DNA of 64,000 nucleotides from an uncultured Gammaproteobacteria bacterium (GTDB taxonomy: Bacteria > Pseudomonadota > Gammaproteobacteria > Pseudomonadales > Pseudohongiellaceae). The DNA lies in NCBI GenBank assembly GCA_963975155.1, contig CAXBFG010000002.1:264181-328180 (forward strand), in the 5' to 3' direction. The notes beneath the pieces are model-generated. The model was given only the letters and a program-made list of their open reading frames with translations, made no database searches and was not told where the DNA came from. Shown here piece by piece: positions 46,760 to 55,106 of this stretch (its first letter is position 1; each line of letters opens with the position of its first letter). The translations under genes were made by a program, and so were the position numbers.

Positions 46760-47764
46760 ATGTTAAAAATCATAACGCTACATAACCAAAATAGCTGGCA
46801 GGATTGCCTGGCTGACCTTATTACCGACCCCCAGGAATTACTGGATTTGCTGGGTCTGAAGCCGGAGCAGCTGGATTTAAGTATGGACGTCTTACGGGAG
46901 TTCCCGCTACGTGTGCCCCGTACTTTTGCAGCCCGTATGCAAAAAGCAAATCCGCTCGATCCGCTGCTCCTGCAGGTACTACCGCAGGCAAATGAACTGA
47001 CAGACTATCCCGGATATACTCTGGACCCTCTGGCAGAAATTCAGTTTAATCCCATCCCGGGCATACTTCACAAATACGCCGGGCGTATACTGCTTATGCC
47101 AACCAGTAGCTGCGCCATACATTGCCGCTATTGTTTTCGGCGCCATTTTCCCTATTCCGACAACCGACCCGATAAACGACAATGGTTACAGAGCCTGCAA
47201 TATATTCGTGATGACAGCTCCATCATCGAAGTCATCCTAAGTGGCGGTGATCCTCTGGCTATTTCAGATAAACATCTGGAATGGCTTCTTGAACATTTGA
47301 GTGCTATTCCCCACCTACAGCGAGTCAGGATTCACACTCGTTTCCCTGTTGTGATCCCGCAACGAATCACACAAAAACTTTGTGATCTCTTAAGTCGTTT
47401 TCAGTTAAGATTTATTCTGGTATTACATTCTAACCACGCACAGGAACTTGATAATGACGTTAGTACTGCCTGTACCAGGCTTAAGGATGCAGGTGTGGAC
47501 CTTTTAAATCAAAGTGTTTTACTGAAGGGCATAAATGATAATCCAGAAGTATTATGCAATCTGAGCGAACGCTTGTTTACTTGTGGCGTAAGGCCTTACT
47601 ACCTGCATATGTTGGACAAAGTAAAAGGCAGCGGACACTTTGAAGTTAGCTTGGCAAGGGCACAAAATATAATGACAGAACTCAGAGCTAGCTTGCCCGG
47701 CTATTTGGTACCTACACTTGTGCAGGAAGAAGTGGCCGCAAAAAATAAAATAACACTCGGTTGA
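46760..47764 (+). CDS. epmB: EF-P beta-lysylation protein EpmB (lysine 2,3-aminomutase-like radical SAM)
   Basis: Radical-SAM cluster CAIHCRYCFRR, plus SGGDPL and the KamA-family C-terminal part. It is divergent from efp. Confidence 0.9.
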   Translation: MLKIITLHNQNSWQDCLADLITDPQELLDLLGLKPEQLDLSMDVLREFPLRVPRTFAARMQKANPLDPLLLQVLPQANELTDYPGYTLDPLAEIQFNPIPGILHKYAGRILLMPTSSCAIHCRYCFRRHFPYSDNRPDKRQWLQSLQYIRDDSSIIEVILSGGDPLAISDKHLEWLLEHLSAIPHLQRVRIHTRFPVVIPQRITQKLCDLLSRFQLRFILVLHSNHAQELDNDVSTACTRLKDAGVDLLNQSVLLKGINDNPEVLCNLSERLFTCGVRPYYLHMLDKVKGSGHFEVSLARAQNIMTELRASLPGYLVPTLVQEEVAAKNKITLG

Positions 47765-47835
47765 ACATATTCTTTTGATAAAAATCTTCAGGAACTGGGC
47801 TACAATTAAAAACGGGAATCAGGCTGAGTCAAAAA

Positions 47836-49941
47836 ATGGATACCAAAGATAAACCAGAATTAATCCAGCTGCTTGTTATTTCCAATCAGTTCCATCTTGT
47901 CAATAAATTACTGAGTGCTTTACGTGAAGATGGTATTGAACTAAAAGCTTTCGGGGCAAATGACAAGGCCGGGCTCATTGAGCAACTTAAATTACAAAGT
48001 TGGGATCTGGTACTCTGTTGTGAAGATGCTGGAATTTCTCTTGCAAGTGCTCAGGAAACAATTCATGACCTGGGTCTGGAACTTCCAATAATATTTCTTG
48101 CAGATGAAGACTCTAAAGTTGATGCTGCTGAACTGCTGAATTCAGGCATCAGGGACTTCCTGCCTATCACTCAGATCAGGCATATCCAGCATGCAATCAG
48201 ACGCGAAGTTGATACACATCAGCTTATAAACAATCACCGCTTGCTTGCATTGAACTTCAAGGAACTGGAGAAGCGCCAGCAGACTTTATTAAACAGCACG
48301 ACACAAGCCCTGGCTTATATACAGGAAGGCATGCACCTTTATTGCAATGAAAGCTATGCAAAGTTATTTGCTTTTCCGAGCCAGTCAAGCATAGAACAAA
48401 CACCGTTGCTCGATTTATTTCACAATAAAAGCAGGACTGATTTAAAAAAATTCCTAAGCAATAAAATTGAAGAAGAGCAAAGCATCAACCTTGTGATAGG
48501 CGATCAACACGCAAAAAACAACGAAATGCAGTATGAAGTAGAGCTCACTTTTTTACCAATAAGCTTTAATGGACAGTCCTGCTTCCAGCTGATCGTAAAG
48601 GCCGCTACCGGCAACTCAGCATATGCAGAAAAAATCAGTGCCGTTAATGCCCAAGACCTTCTGACCAGACTGTATAATAAAAACTATTTTCTTGAGAAAA
48701 TTGAACAAGCTATCAGCCGGGCAATCAAGCAACAGCAGCTAGCTTCACTGTTAATAGTTCAAATCAATGAATTTCTTGATATTAAATCAACAATCGGCCT
48801 AAGTAACGCCAATCAGGTCCTGAATGATATTGCTAAATTTCTCAGGAAGTCTGTACAAAAGAAATTTGCTGCAGCCCGACTTGGTGATTATGAGTTCGGC
48901 TTACTCATCAATGAGTGCAGCCCCCTGGAAGCTGTAGAACTAGGGAATTTTATTAAAAGTAAAATAAACAATCATATAACCAGCGCCGCCTTACCCAGCC
49001 TGCAGTTAAGTTGCTCTATAGGCATAGCAACAATAAACGGACACGCGCTCGATAATGAAGATCTACTTGCCAAAGCCCGCATTAATCTCAACACAAATAT
49101 AGGTAGTAATAAAAGTTCAGACAACTACAGGATCGGGAAAGCCCGGGAACATACTATTGATGAAATGGCAGCTTATATTGACCTGGCGCTAAGAGAAAAC
49201 CGTTTCAAATTGCTTTTCCAGCCTATAGTAAGTTTGAAGGGAGAAGTGGCACATGAATATGAAGTGCTCAGTCGCATGCAAGATAGCGAAAAAAATGACA
49301 TCCCTCCATCTGAATACATGGCTATTGCAAATCTGAACGGTATGGGTGAAGAGCTCGACAAGGTTATTATCACTCAGGCTCTGGATGTCCTGCAGAACTC
49401 TAACAATAAGTCGGTTCGACTAATTATTAATCTCACCAATAACACTTTAGTCAGTAAAACCTTTTTACCCTGGTTTGCCGATTCCTTACAAACTGCTGAA
49501 ATCAGCACCGACCGAATCATATTTCAGATCAGTGAAACTCATATCTGCAATAACCTTGATTACTGCATACAGTTTTGCGAAGGCTTAAATCAATTAGGGC
49601 TATTGAGCATAGTCTGCCATTATGGCTGCCTTGTAGACCCTGGAAATTATCTTGAGGCTATTCGCCCTGCTTACGTTAAACTGGACAGAACTCTGGTCAG
49701 GGATATCAGGTATAGTCAGCATCATCAAAATGAACTGAAAAGGTTAATCTCTGGATTACACACTAAAAATTACAAAGTAGTGGTACCTCAAGTTGAAGAT
49801 CCAAGTGCTTTACCAACATTGTGGAAGCTTGATGTGGACTATGTACAAGGCTATTACCTGGAAAAACCCAGTCAAACAATGGACTATGAATTTAATCAGA
49901 ATCATGAAATTACTCTGAATGCACCCCCACCTAACCAATAG
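47836..49941 (+). CDS. Pseudo-receiver / PAS / degenerate GGDEF / EAL signalling protein (probable c-di-GMP phosphodiesterase)
   Basis: 701 aa. The N-terminal REC-like fold lacks the acidic pocket and phospho-Asp (LLVISNQ..., DLVLCCED). The GGDEF motif reads LGDYEF. The EAL domain looks intact (FQPIV...EYEVLSRM, INLTNN, ISETH, KLDR, VVPQVED, DYVQGYY). Confidence 0.85.
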   Translation: MDTKDKPELIQLLVISNQFHLVNKLLSALREDGIELKAFGANDKAGLIEQLKLQSWDLVLCCEDAGISLASAQETIHDLGLELPIIFLADEDSKVDAAELLNSGIRDFLPITQIRHIQHAIRREVDTHQLINNHRLLALNFKELEKRQQTLLNSTTQALAYIQEGMHLYCNESYAKLFAFPSQSSIEQTPLLDLFHNKSRTDLKKFLSNKIEEEQSINLVIGDQHAKNNEMQYEVELTFLPISFNGQSCFQLIVKAATGNSAYAEKISAVNAQDLLTRLYNKNYFLEKIEQAISRAIKQQQLASLLIVQINEFLDIKSTIGLSNANQVLNDIAKFLRKSVQKKFAAARLGDYEFGLLINECSPLEAVELGNFIKSKINNHITSAALPSLQLSCSIGIATINGHALDNEDLLAKARINLNTNIGSNKSSDNYRIGKAREHTIDEMAAYIDLALRENRFKLLFQPIVSLKGEVAHEYEVLSRMQDSEKNDIPPSEYMAIANLNGMGEELDKVIITQALDVLQNSNNKSVRLIINLTNNTLVSKTFLPWFADSLQTAEISTDRIIFQISETHICNNLDYCIQFCEGLNQLGLLSIVCHYGCLVDPGNYLEAIRPAYVKLDRTLVRDIRYSQHHQNELKRLISGLHTKNYKVVVPQVEDPSALPTLWKLDVDYVQGYYLEKPSQTMDYEFNQNHEITLNAPPPNQ

Positions 49942-49964
49942 TCTTTGTTTATCTTAGTTCTTAT

Positions 49965-51299
49965 ATGATCACTCCTTTATTTTTAAAAAGATTAAACCTG
50001 CATTATAAAATAGCATTATGCTTCTGCAGCGTTTTGATATTAACCTTGAGTACCTTATGGCTGCTTATCGAGAATGAAGTAGAATCCAATTTGCAGCTTC
50101 AGGCAGATGATTTGGGTGACACACTCACGCAACAAACTGCTGATTCTATAAGAGAGTTAGTCCTGGCAAATGATTTACTGGGTCTCAATGTCGTTATTAA
50201 TCAACTGACCCGCAATGGCAGTATCAGCAAAATATCAGTCTATGATGTGGATTCAAACATCCTCGCAAGTGCCGGCACTGCGGTATTAAATAATCCTATT
50301 GAGACTCTTTATAGTGCTGAGATCACCCTGCAGGACGCCGTAGCTGGCTCAGTCGAGCTTGAACTTGACACCAGCAAGTTAATAGCCAATCTCAATAGTA
50401 TTTATTATTACTTTCTGGGCACATTGTTATTTGGGCTTCTGTTTGCAATAGCAATTTCACTTGCACTTGCTTCACACATTATTAACCCACTTCAAACTTT
50501 AAAGGCGGCAATGCAGGACCCTGATGAAGGTTCAATAAGTATTGATGACCATAGGCATGATGAAATTACAGAGCTACAGGCTGCCAGTAAGGCTCTGCTG
50601 GAGAAATATCAGGAAACTCGTTCACATCAAATGAGCTTATCAGGATTCAGTAATAATAATAAAAAACCTGCTCAATCCAGCAAATTAATGGCCAGCTTAC
50701 TTGTTATCAAAGTTGTAAATGTAAACACTGCCATCGAATTACTTCACCCCAGTACATTATCTCTTTTATTAAACGAGTATTATTTTTATCTCAAACAGGC
50801 AGCAAAACTCTATGGAGGGACTGTGCAGCGTTTCTCCGGAGATTCTGCTTTGGTTTCCTTTGATACCCGAAATTGTGGTGAGGAACACAGCTTTAATGCT
50901 GTTTGTTGCGCACAATTATTCTTGCTTTTGATGCAAAGAATCAATCAAAGTCATCATGCTAAAAAGTCGCAAGCTTTACAATTCAGGTTAGCCATACATA
51001 GTGGCGAAACTTTCTTCACGGTTGATTCCAGCAATGAAGGCAAACAGGCTGTTTTAGGGAAAACATTGGAAACTTGTTATTTTTTAAGTAAAAGGAGCCA
51101 ACCTGGCCAACTCATTATCAGTGAGACTACATACTCCCAGGCAGATGTAGAAAATCGCCTGCAAAGTTCAGACAGCATTGAAATTACAATGCCTACTGAT
51201 AATATGTCATTTATGGCTTATCTGTTAAGCTCAAATATGGGCTCATATTCGGAGTTATTACAAAAACAATCTTTTCACATTCTTCCGCCAACTGATTAA
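49965..51299 (+). CDS. Membrane sensor with HAMP-like linker and degenerate class III nucleotidyl-cyclase-homology domain
   Basis: 444 aa arranged as TM, ~130-aa extracytoplasmic region, TM. The C-terminal region aligns by eye to the cyclase motifs (LLNEYYFYL...YGGTVQRFSGDSALVSF...FRLAIHSGE...). The first metal Asp position reads K (LLVIKVVNV). Confidence 0.55.
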   Translation: MITPLFLKRLNLHYKIALCFCSVLILTLSTLWLLIENEVESNLQLQADDLGDTLTQQTADSIRELVLANDLLGLNVVINQLTRNGSISKISVYDVDSNILASAGTAVLNNPIETLYSAEITLQDAVAGSVELELDTSKLIANLNSIYYYFLGTLLFGLLFAIAISLALASHIINPLQTLKAAMQDPDEGSISIDDHRHDEITELQAASKALLEKYQETRSHQMSLSGFSNNNKKPAQSSKLMASLLVIKVVNVNTAIELLHPSTLSLLLNEYYFYLKQAAKLYGGTVQRFSGDSALVSFDTRNCGEEHSFNAVCCAQLFLLLMQRINQSHHAKKSQALQFRLAIHSGETFFTVDSSNEGKQAVLGKTLETCYFLSKRSQPGQLIISETTYSQADVENRLQSSDSIEITMPTDNMSFMAYLLSSNMGSYSELLQKQSFHILPPTD

Positions 51300-51312
51300 A
51301 TCAAAAATTATT

Positions 51313-52374
51313 ATGGATAAAGACAATAAAGAAACGGACAAGACATTTACTGTAGGGCATCCCTTTTATTTTCCGACACAAGTAATTTTACTGGACGATG
51401 ACCCTGATTTCCTTGAAGGGATAAGTCTGATGCTCAATAAAAATCTTAGTTTCAAACTTTTTCAATCTGCCAGCCAGGCCTTAGATTATGTAAACAATGC
51501 TCATAAGCATGTTCAAATTCAAGAACGCTGTTACTCTAATTACAAGACCGGACCTATGGAATCTGATTCTCTGTCTCACATTGATATAGACAAACTGCAC
51601 CTGGAAGTAATGAACGGAGCAAGATTTCAAACTGCATCGTCAGTGATCGTTGATTACAGCATGCCGGAGATGAATGGTCTGGAATTTTTGCTTAATGTGA
51701 AAAACCCATTCATAAAAAAGGTTTTATTGACCGGTCAAGCCGACACTGAACTCGCAATTAAAGCATTTAATAAGCAACTGATAGATCAATTCATTGACAA
51801 ACATGACCCTAAATTAAGACTAAAAATTAATAGCGTTATTGCTAACTTCCAGGATCAGTATTTCAGAAACAGTTTTAAATTGATCACAGACCCTATAATT
51901 GCAAATAATCGTGATGCTTTTCTAGTCGACAGTATTTTCCAGCAATTCTTCCAGGATTTAAGAGAAAAATATAATTGTGTTGAATATTATATGATTGATT
52001 CACCAAATCCTGGTTTTCTGCTCATTGACGCTAAAGGCTTACGTTACAGTTTATTTGTTTTCACTAAAGAAGCTTTGGATTTACATCTGAAAGCCTTGCA
52101 GGATTTTAAGGCTCCAAAACAATTAATTGAAAAAGTAAAATCTGGCGAATTACTCCCGAACTTGAAACTAAGCAGTGAAGAAAACTGTATCACTGCTGAA
52201 GTCATTAATAATTGGAATAAGCATTACTTTCCAGCAATCAAAATCAGTCATTCTTCAAATTTTCATGCAACATTAATTGCTGATGATACTTTGAAGAGTT
52301 TAAAAAATAGCAATCTTATTGCTTATGCTGATTTTCTGGAAGCCAATACAATGACCAACGAAGTATTGCATTGA
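51313..52374 (+). CDS. Response regulator with an insertion-bearing receiver domain and an uncharacterised ~200-aa output domain
   Basis: 353 aa. The acidic pocket LLDDDPD, phospho-Asp in VIVDYSMPEMNG (residue ~114), LLTGQAD and FIDKHDP are all present. About 45 extra residues lie before beta-3. I do not recognise the C-terminal domain. Confidence 0.7.
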   Translation: MDKDNKETDKTFTVGHPFYFPTQVILLDDDPDFLEGISLMLNKNLSFKLFQSASQALDYVNNAHKHVQIQERCYSNYKTGPMESDSLSHIDIDKLHLEVMNGARFQTASSVIVDYSMPEMNGLEFLLNVKNPFIKKVLLTGQADTELAIKAFNKQLIDQFIDKHDPKLRLKINSVIANFQDQYFRNSFKLITDPIIANNRDAFLVDSIFQQFFQDLREKYNCVEYYMIDSPNPGFLLIDAKGLRYSLFVFTKEALDLHLKALQDFKAPKQLIEKVKSGELLPNLKLSSEENCITAEVINNWNKHYFPAIKISHSSNFHATLIADDTLKSLKNSNLIAYADFLEANTMTNEVLH

Positions 52375-52403
52375 GCTAAAGCAAAAGGTGTTACACATAT
52401 GCT

Positions 52404-53924
52404 TCAAGAGAAGGCATTTAACTCTGGCAAACTAATTTTAAATTCACAGTACTCTCCCACAACAGACTCACACTCAATTTTTCCATGGAAATTCTGAATA
52501 GTTCTTTTACAATAAGCTAATCCAGCTCCTGTGCCCCCTTCTTTTGTTGTAAAAAAACCGTCAAATATTTTTTCAAGCTCATCTTCTCCAATACCTAATC
52601 CTGTGTCTCTGAAATAAATAATGTTGCTTCTTTCATTAGGCATAGCCGGATTCCGCAACTTTCCGGCCTCAAGTGTAATATATATTTTCCCTTTTTGAGC
52701 TGAACCTAAGGCATATAATGCATTTTTTAACAGATTGAAAATCACATAAACAAACATACTTTCTATCCCCAGGAATTTAAAATCATCTGCCAAATCCAAT
52801 ATTACTTTTTCTCTTTCGCCACTTTTAAATGGATATCTTTCTACCGCTTGCTCAATGCTTTCTGAAGCTGAGCAAACATTCATCTGATTTTCATCAAGAG
52901 ATGTTTCCCGTAAATTCATCAGCAGCATATCAATAACAGTATTTGCCTGATCTATCATTAGTGTAATTCTACCAGGCGTAGACTTTAGTCCATTTAAATG
53001 CTCTTCCCTAATCACAGGAAAATCATCAGGTGCGGCCTTTACCGCATAAAAATATGCTTTGATTAATTCAGGCAAATATTCATCAACTCCGGATATACTG
53101 GCTCTGATACCTGATAAAGGAGTGCGCATTTCATGAGCAATATTGCTACTGATACTTTGCATGACTTGCATTTTTTCTGCATGATCCATCGCTGTCTGCA
53201 ACATAACCTGTTGATAGATTCTAATACGATCAAGTATTAATGCTAATTGACTGGCTAAATATTCAAGAATTCGAAGTTGCTCATTTTTATAAGCATCTCT
53301 TTGTTCGTTTTGAGATATTAAAATTAAACAGAGTAATTGATGATTATGAATTATTGGAATGGCCAGGCTTGTCTCTGTAACAGTAAATATTTTCTTATTT
53401 TCAGAATGCACATCCTTTTTAGAAAATATATTATTAATGTTTAGTACTTCACTAATAAAACTATCTGACAAATTAACTTGCTTGTTATCAGATTCTGGCC
53501 AGACTCTGAGTTTATTTGTATTTGTCGTTTTTGCCGGAGCATCCAGGCTGGTTATCATTTCTATTTCAATATTTTCATTTAAAAAGAATATGACCTGATC
53601 TGCATTTAACTGATCTCGTAAAGCCACATCCACTAATCTTAAGACTTTATCAGCCTCAATATAATTTTGAATTTTTTTATTAAGCTCTAGAACTTCGCTA
53701 AATACAACCAACTCATTTCTATAATCACCTCCTGTAAACTGCTTTATCACTCTAAGCAAATAATCATGGCTGAGAATTATAAAAATCAATAACGATGCAT
53801 AAATCACTGGCTGCCAATAAGACCCAATACTAAGATAATCAGCAAACAAAAACCTTATCAGTAAAGCAAAGAGTGTGTACGCTGCCACTAAATACAAATA
53901 GTTTTTATTAATCTTGAATTTCAT
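52404..53924 (-). CDS. Sensor histidine kinase (2 TM, GAF-like, HisKA, HATPase_c)
   Basis: 506 aa with H-box SSNIAHEMRTPLSGI, N-box NLLKNALYA and G-boxes DTGLGI / GTGAGLAYC. Confidence 0.88.
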   Translation of the reverse strand: MKFKINKNYLYLVAAYTLFALLIRFLFADYLSIGSYWQPVIYASLLIFIILSHDYLLRVIKQFTGGDYRNELVVFSEVLELNKKIQNYIEADKVLRLVDVALRDQLNADQVIFFLNENIEIEMITSLDAPAKTTNTNKLRVWPESDNKQVNLSDSFISEVLNINNIFSKKDVHSENKKIFTVTETSLAIPIIHNHQLLCLILISQNEQRDAYKNEQLRILEYLASQLALILDRIRIYQQVMLQTAMDHAEKMQVMQSISSNIAHEMRTPLSGIRASISGVDEYLPELIKAYFYAVKAAPDDFPVIREEHLNGLKSTPGRITLMIDQANTVIDMLLMNLRETSLDENQMNVCSASESIEQAVERYPFKSGEREKVILDLADDFKFLGIESMFVYVIFNLLKNALYALGSAQKGKIYITLEAGKLRNPAMPNERSNIIYFRDTGLGIGEDELEKIFDGFFTTKEGGTGAGLAYCKRTIQNFHGKIECESVVGEYCEFKISLPELNAFS

Positions 53925-53952
53925 CTAAAGTCAGTTAGTTACATGATAGCTA

Positions 53953-54531
53953 ATGATGGCATTATGCCTCTATTTTGTGCCCTATTTTATAGTTTTATTT
54001 CTCGTGTATACTTGTAAACCAATTTATAATTTATATAATTTTGAAGCTGATCATATTAGCTTAAATTTTAATTTAATTACTTACTTTATATTCCATATGC
54101 AGATGTTATATAGATTACCCAAAATACTTTTCTTCCCTCTGGTCCTGATCTGGAGCGTCATATATGGCGGAATTGCCGGTTTCATTTATAAAGTATTCGC
54201 TGTATATGAAAACTGGTTAGCCATCAATCGTTTACAGATGCGTCTTTGGAAGAAATTTCCAAATCGAAGCTATCGCAAATATATTGAAAGCATGTGGGCT
54301 CATCAAGTCCAAGGCCGACCTGTTGAGCTTGCTGAATTCAGAAAAATCCAATTGGAAAAATCTCACCCTGATGAACCCTTCCCGGTACTTTGTTTACTCA
54401 CAAATACTTTTTTTATGGTGCTCATTACCCCATTTATGGCATTATCCGGCCTCTATTATGGCCCCACATATGTTTTCAAGACATTATTGATGCAGCACAA
54501 CCGATATTTTAATCACCCTGTTGTAAAATAG
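53953..54531 (+). CDS. Hypothetical membrane protein
   Basis: 192-aa ORF in very AT-rich DNA, where long random ORFs are unlikely. It has 3-4 hydrophobic helices and no family I recognise. The start is uncertain (internal Met at MQMLYRL). Confidence 0.45.
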   Translation: MMALCLYFVPYFIVLFLVYTCKPIYNLYNFEADHISLNFNLITYFIFHMQMLYRLPKILFFPLVLIWSVIYGGIAGFIYKVFAVYENWLAINRLQMRLWKKFPNRSYRKYIESMWAHQVQGRPVELAEFRKIQLEKSHPDEPFPVLCLLTNTFFMVLITPFMALSGLYYGPTYVFKTLLMQHNRYFNHPVVK

Positions 54532-54566
54532 TGAACCGCGCCACAATTAACTAAAATAACCGATTC

Positions 54567-55106
54567 ATGAGTGGATTTTTGATGTCTTTATTTTCTTCCA
54601 GATCTACTAAAGAAGAAAAACCTCTGGTTTTAGTGGTTGAAGACAATGAATTACAATCTGATTTAATCACTAAACTAATAAACGAAACCGGTCTCTATCG
54701 GGCCCTGACGGCCTATAACGGTTATGATGCCTTTGAAATACTTAGCATGCACCAACGAGGTTTCGATTTTCTCTCCAATAAGATTGCTTGTATCCTGCTG
54801 GACTGGCAGATGCCTAAAATGCATGGCGAAAAATTTTTGAAATTATTAAGAGAAAAGGAAAACCGAAGCCCATTCAAACGTCATATCCCGGTAGTTATCA
54901 TCTCTGCCTATGACGACAGAGAGCGTCGCCGAATTGCTGAAGATCCCGAGTTAGGGCTGGCCTCTGCCTACCTTCAAAAACCTTTTAGTGAAGATCAACT
55001 ACTCAACATACTTAAGCGAATTGTTATTAATAAGGAAGCTGAGGTATTACGCGAGCTACTGATTGAGCAAAGGGCAAGGGAAGCTCAGGAGTACAAAAAG
55101 CCTTAA
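54567..55106 (+). CDS. Single-domain (CheY-like) response regulator
   Basis: 179 aa with LVVEDNE, phospho-Asp in ILLDWQMPKMHG, VVIISAY and YLQKPF. Confidence 0.88.
   Translation: MSGFLMSLFSSRSTKEEKPLVLVVEDNELQSDLITKLINETGLYRALTAYNGYDAFEILSMHQRGFDFLSNKIACILLDWQMPKMHGEKFLKLLREKENRSPFKRHIPVVIISAYDDRERRRIAEDPELGLASAYLQKPFSEDQLLNILKRIVINKEAEVLRELLIEQRAREAQEYKKP

Noticed and set aside
45099-47764. The epmA-efp/epmB cluster as something unusual
   Set aside because: This is the standard EF-P beta-lysylation module (EF-P with the PGKG lysine loop, a PoxA-type ligase, a KamA-like aminomutase). It is ordinary housekeeping.
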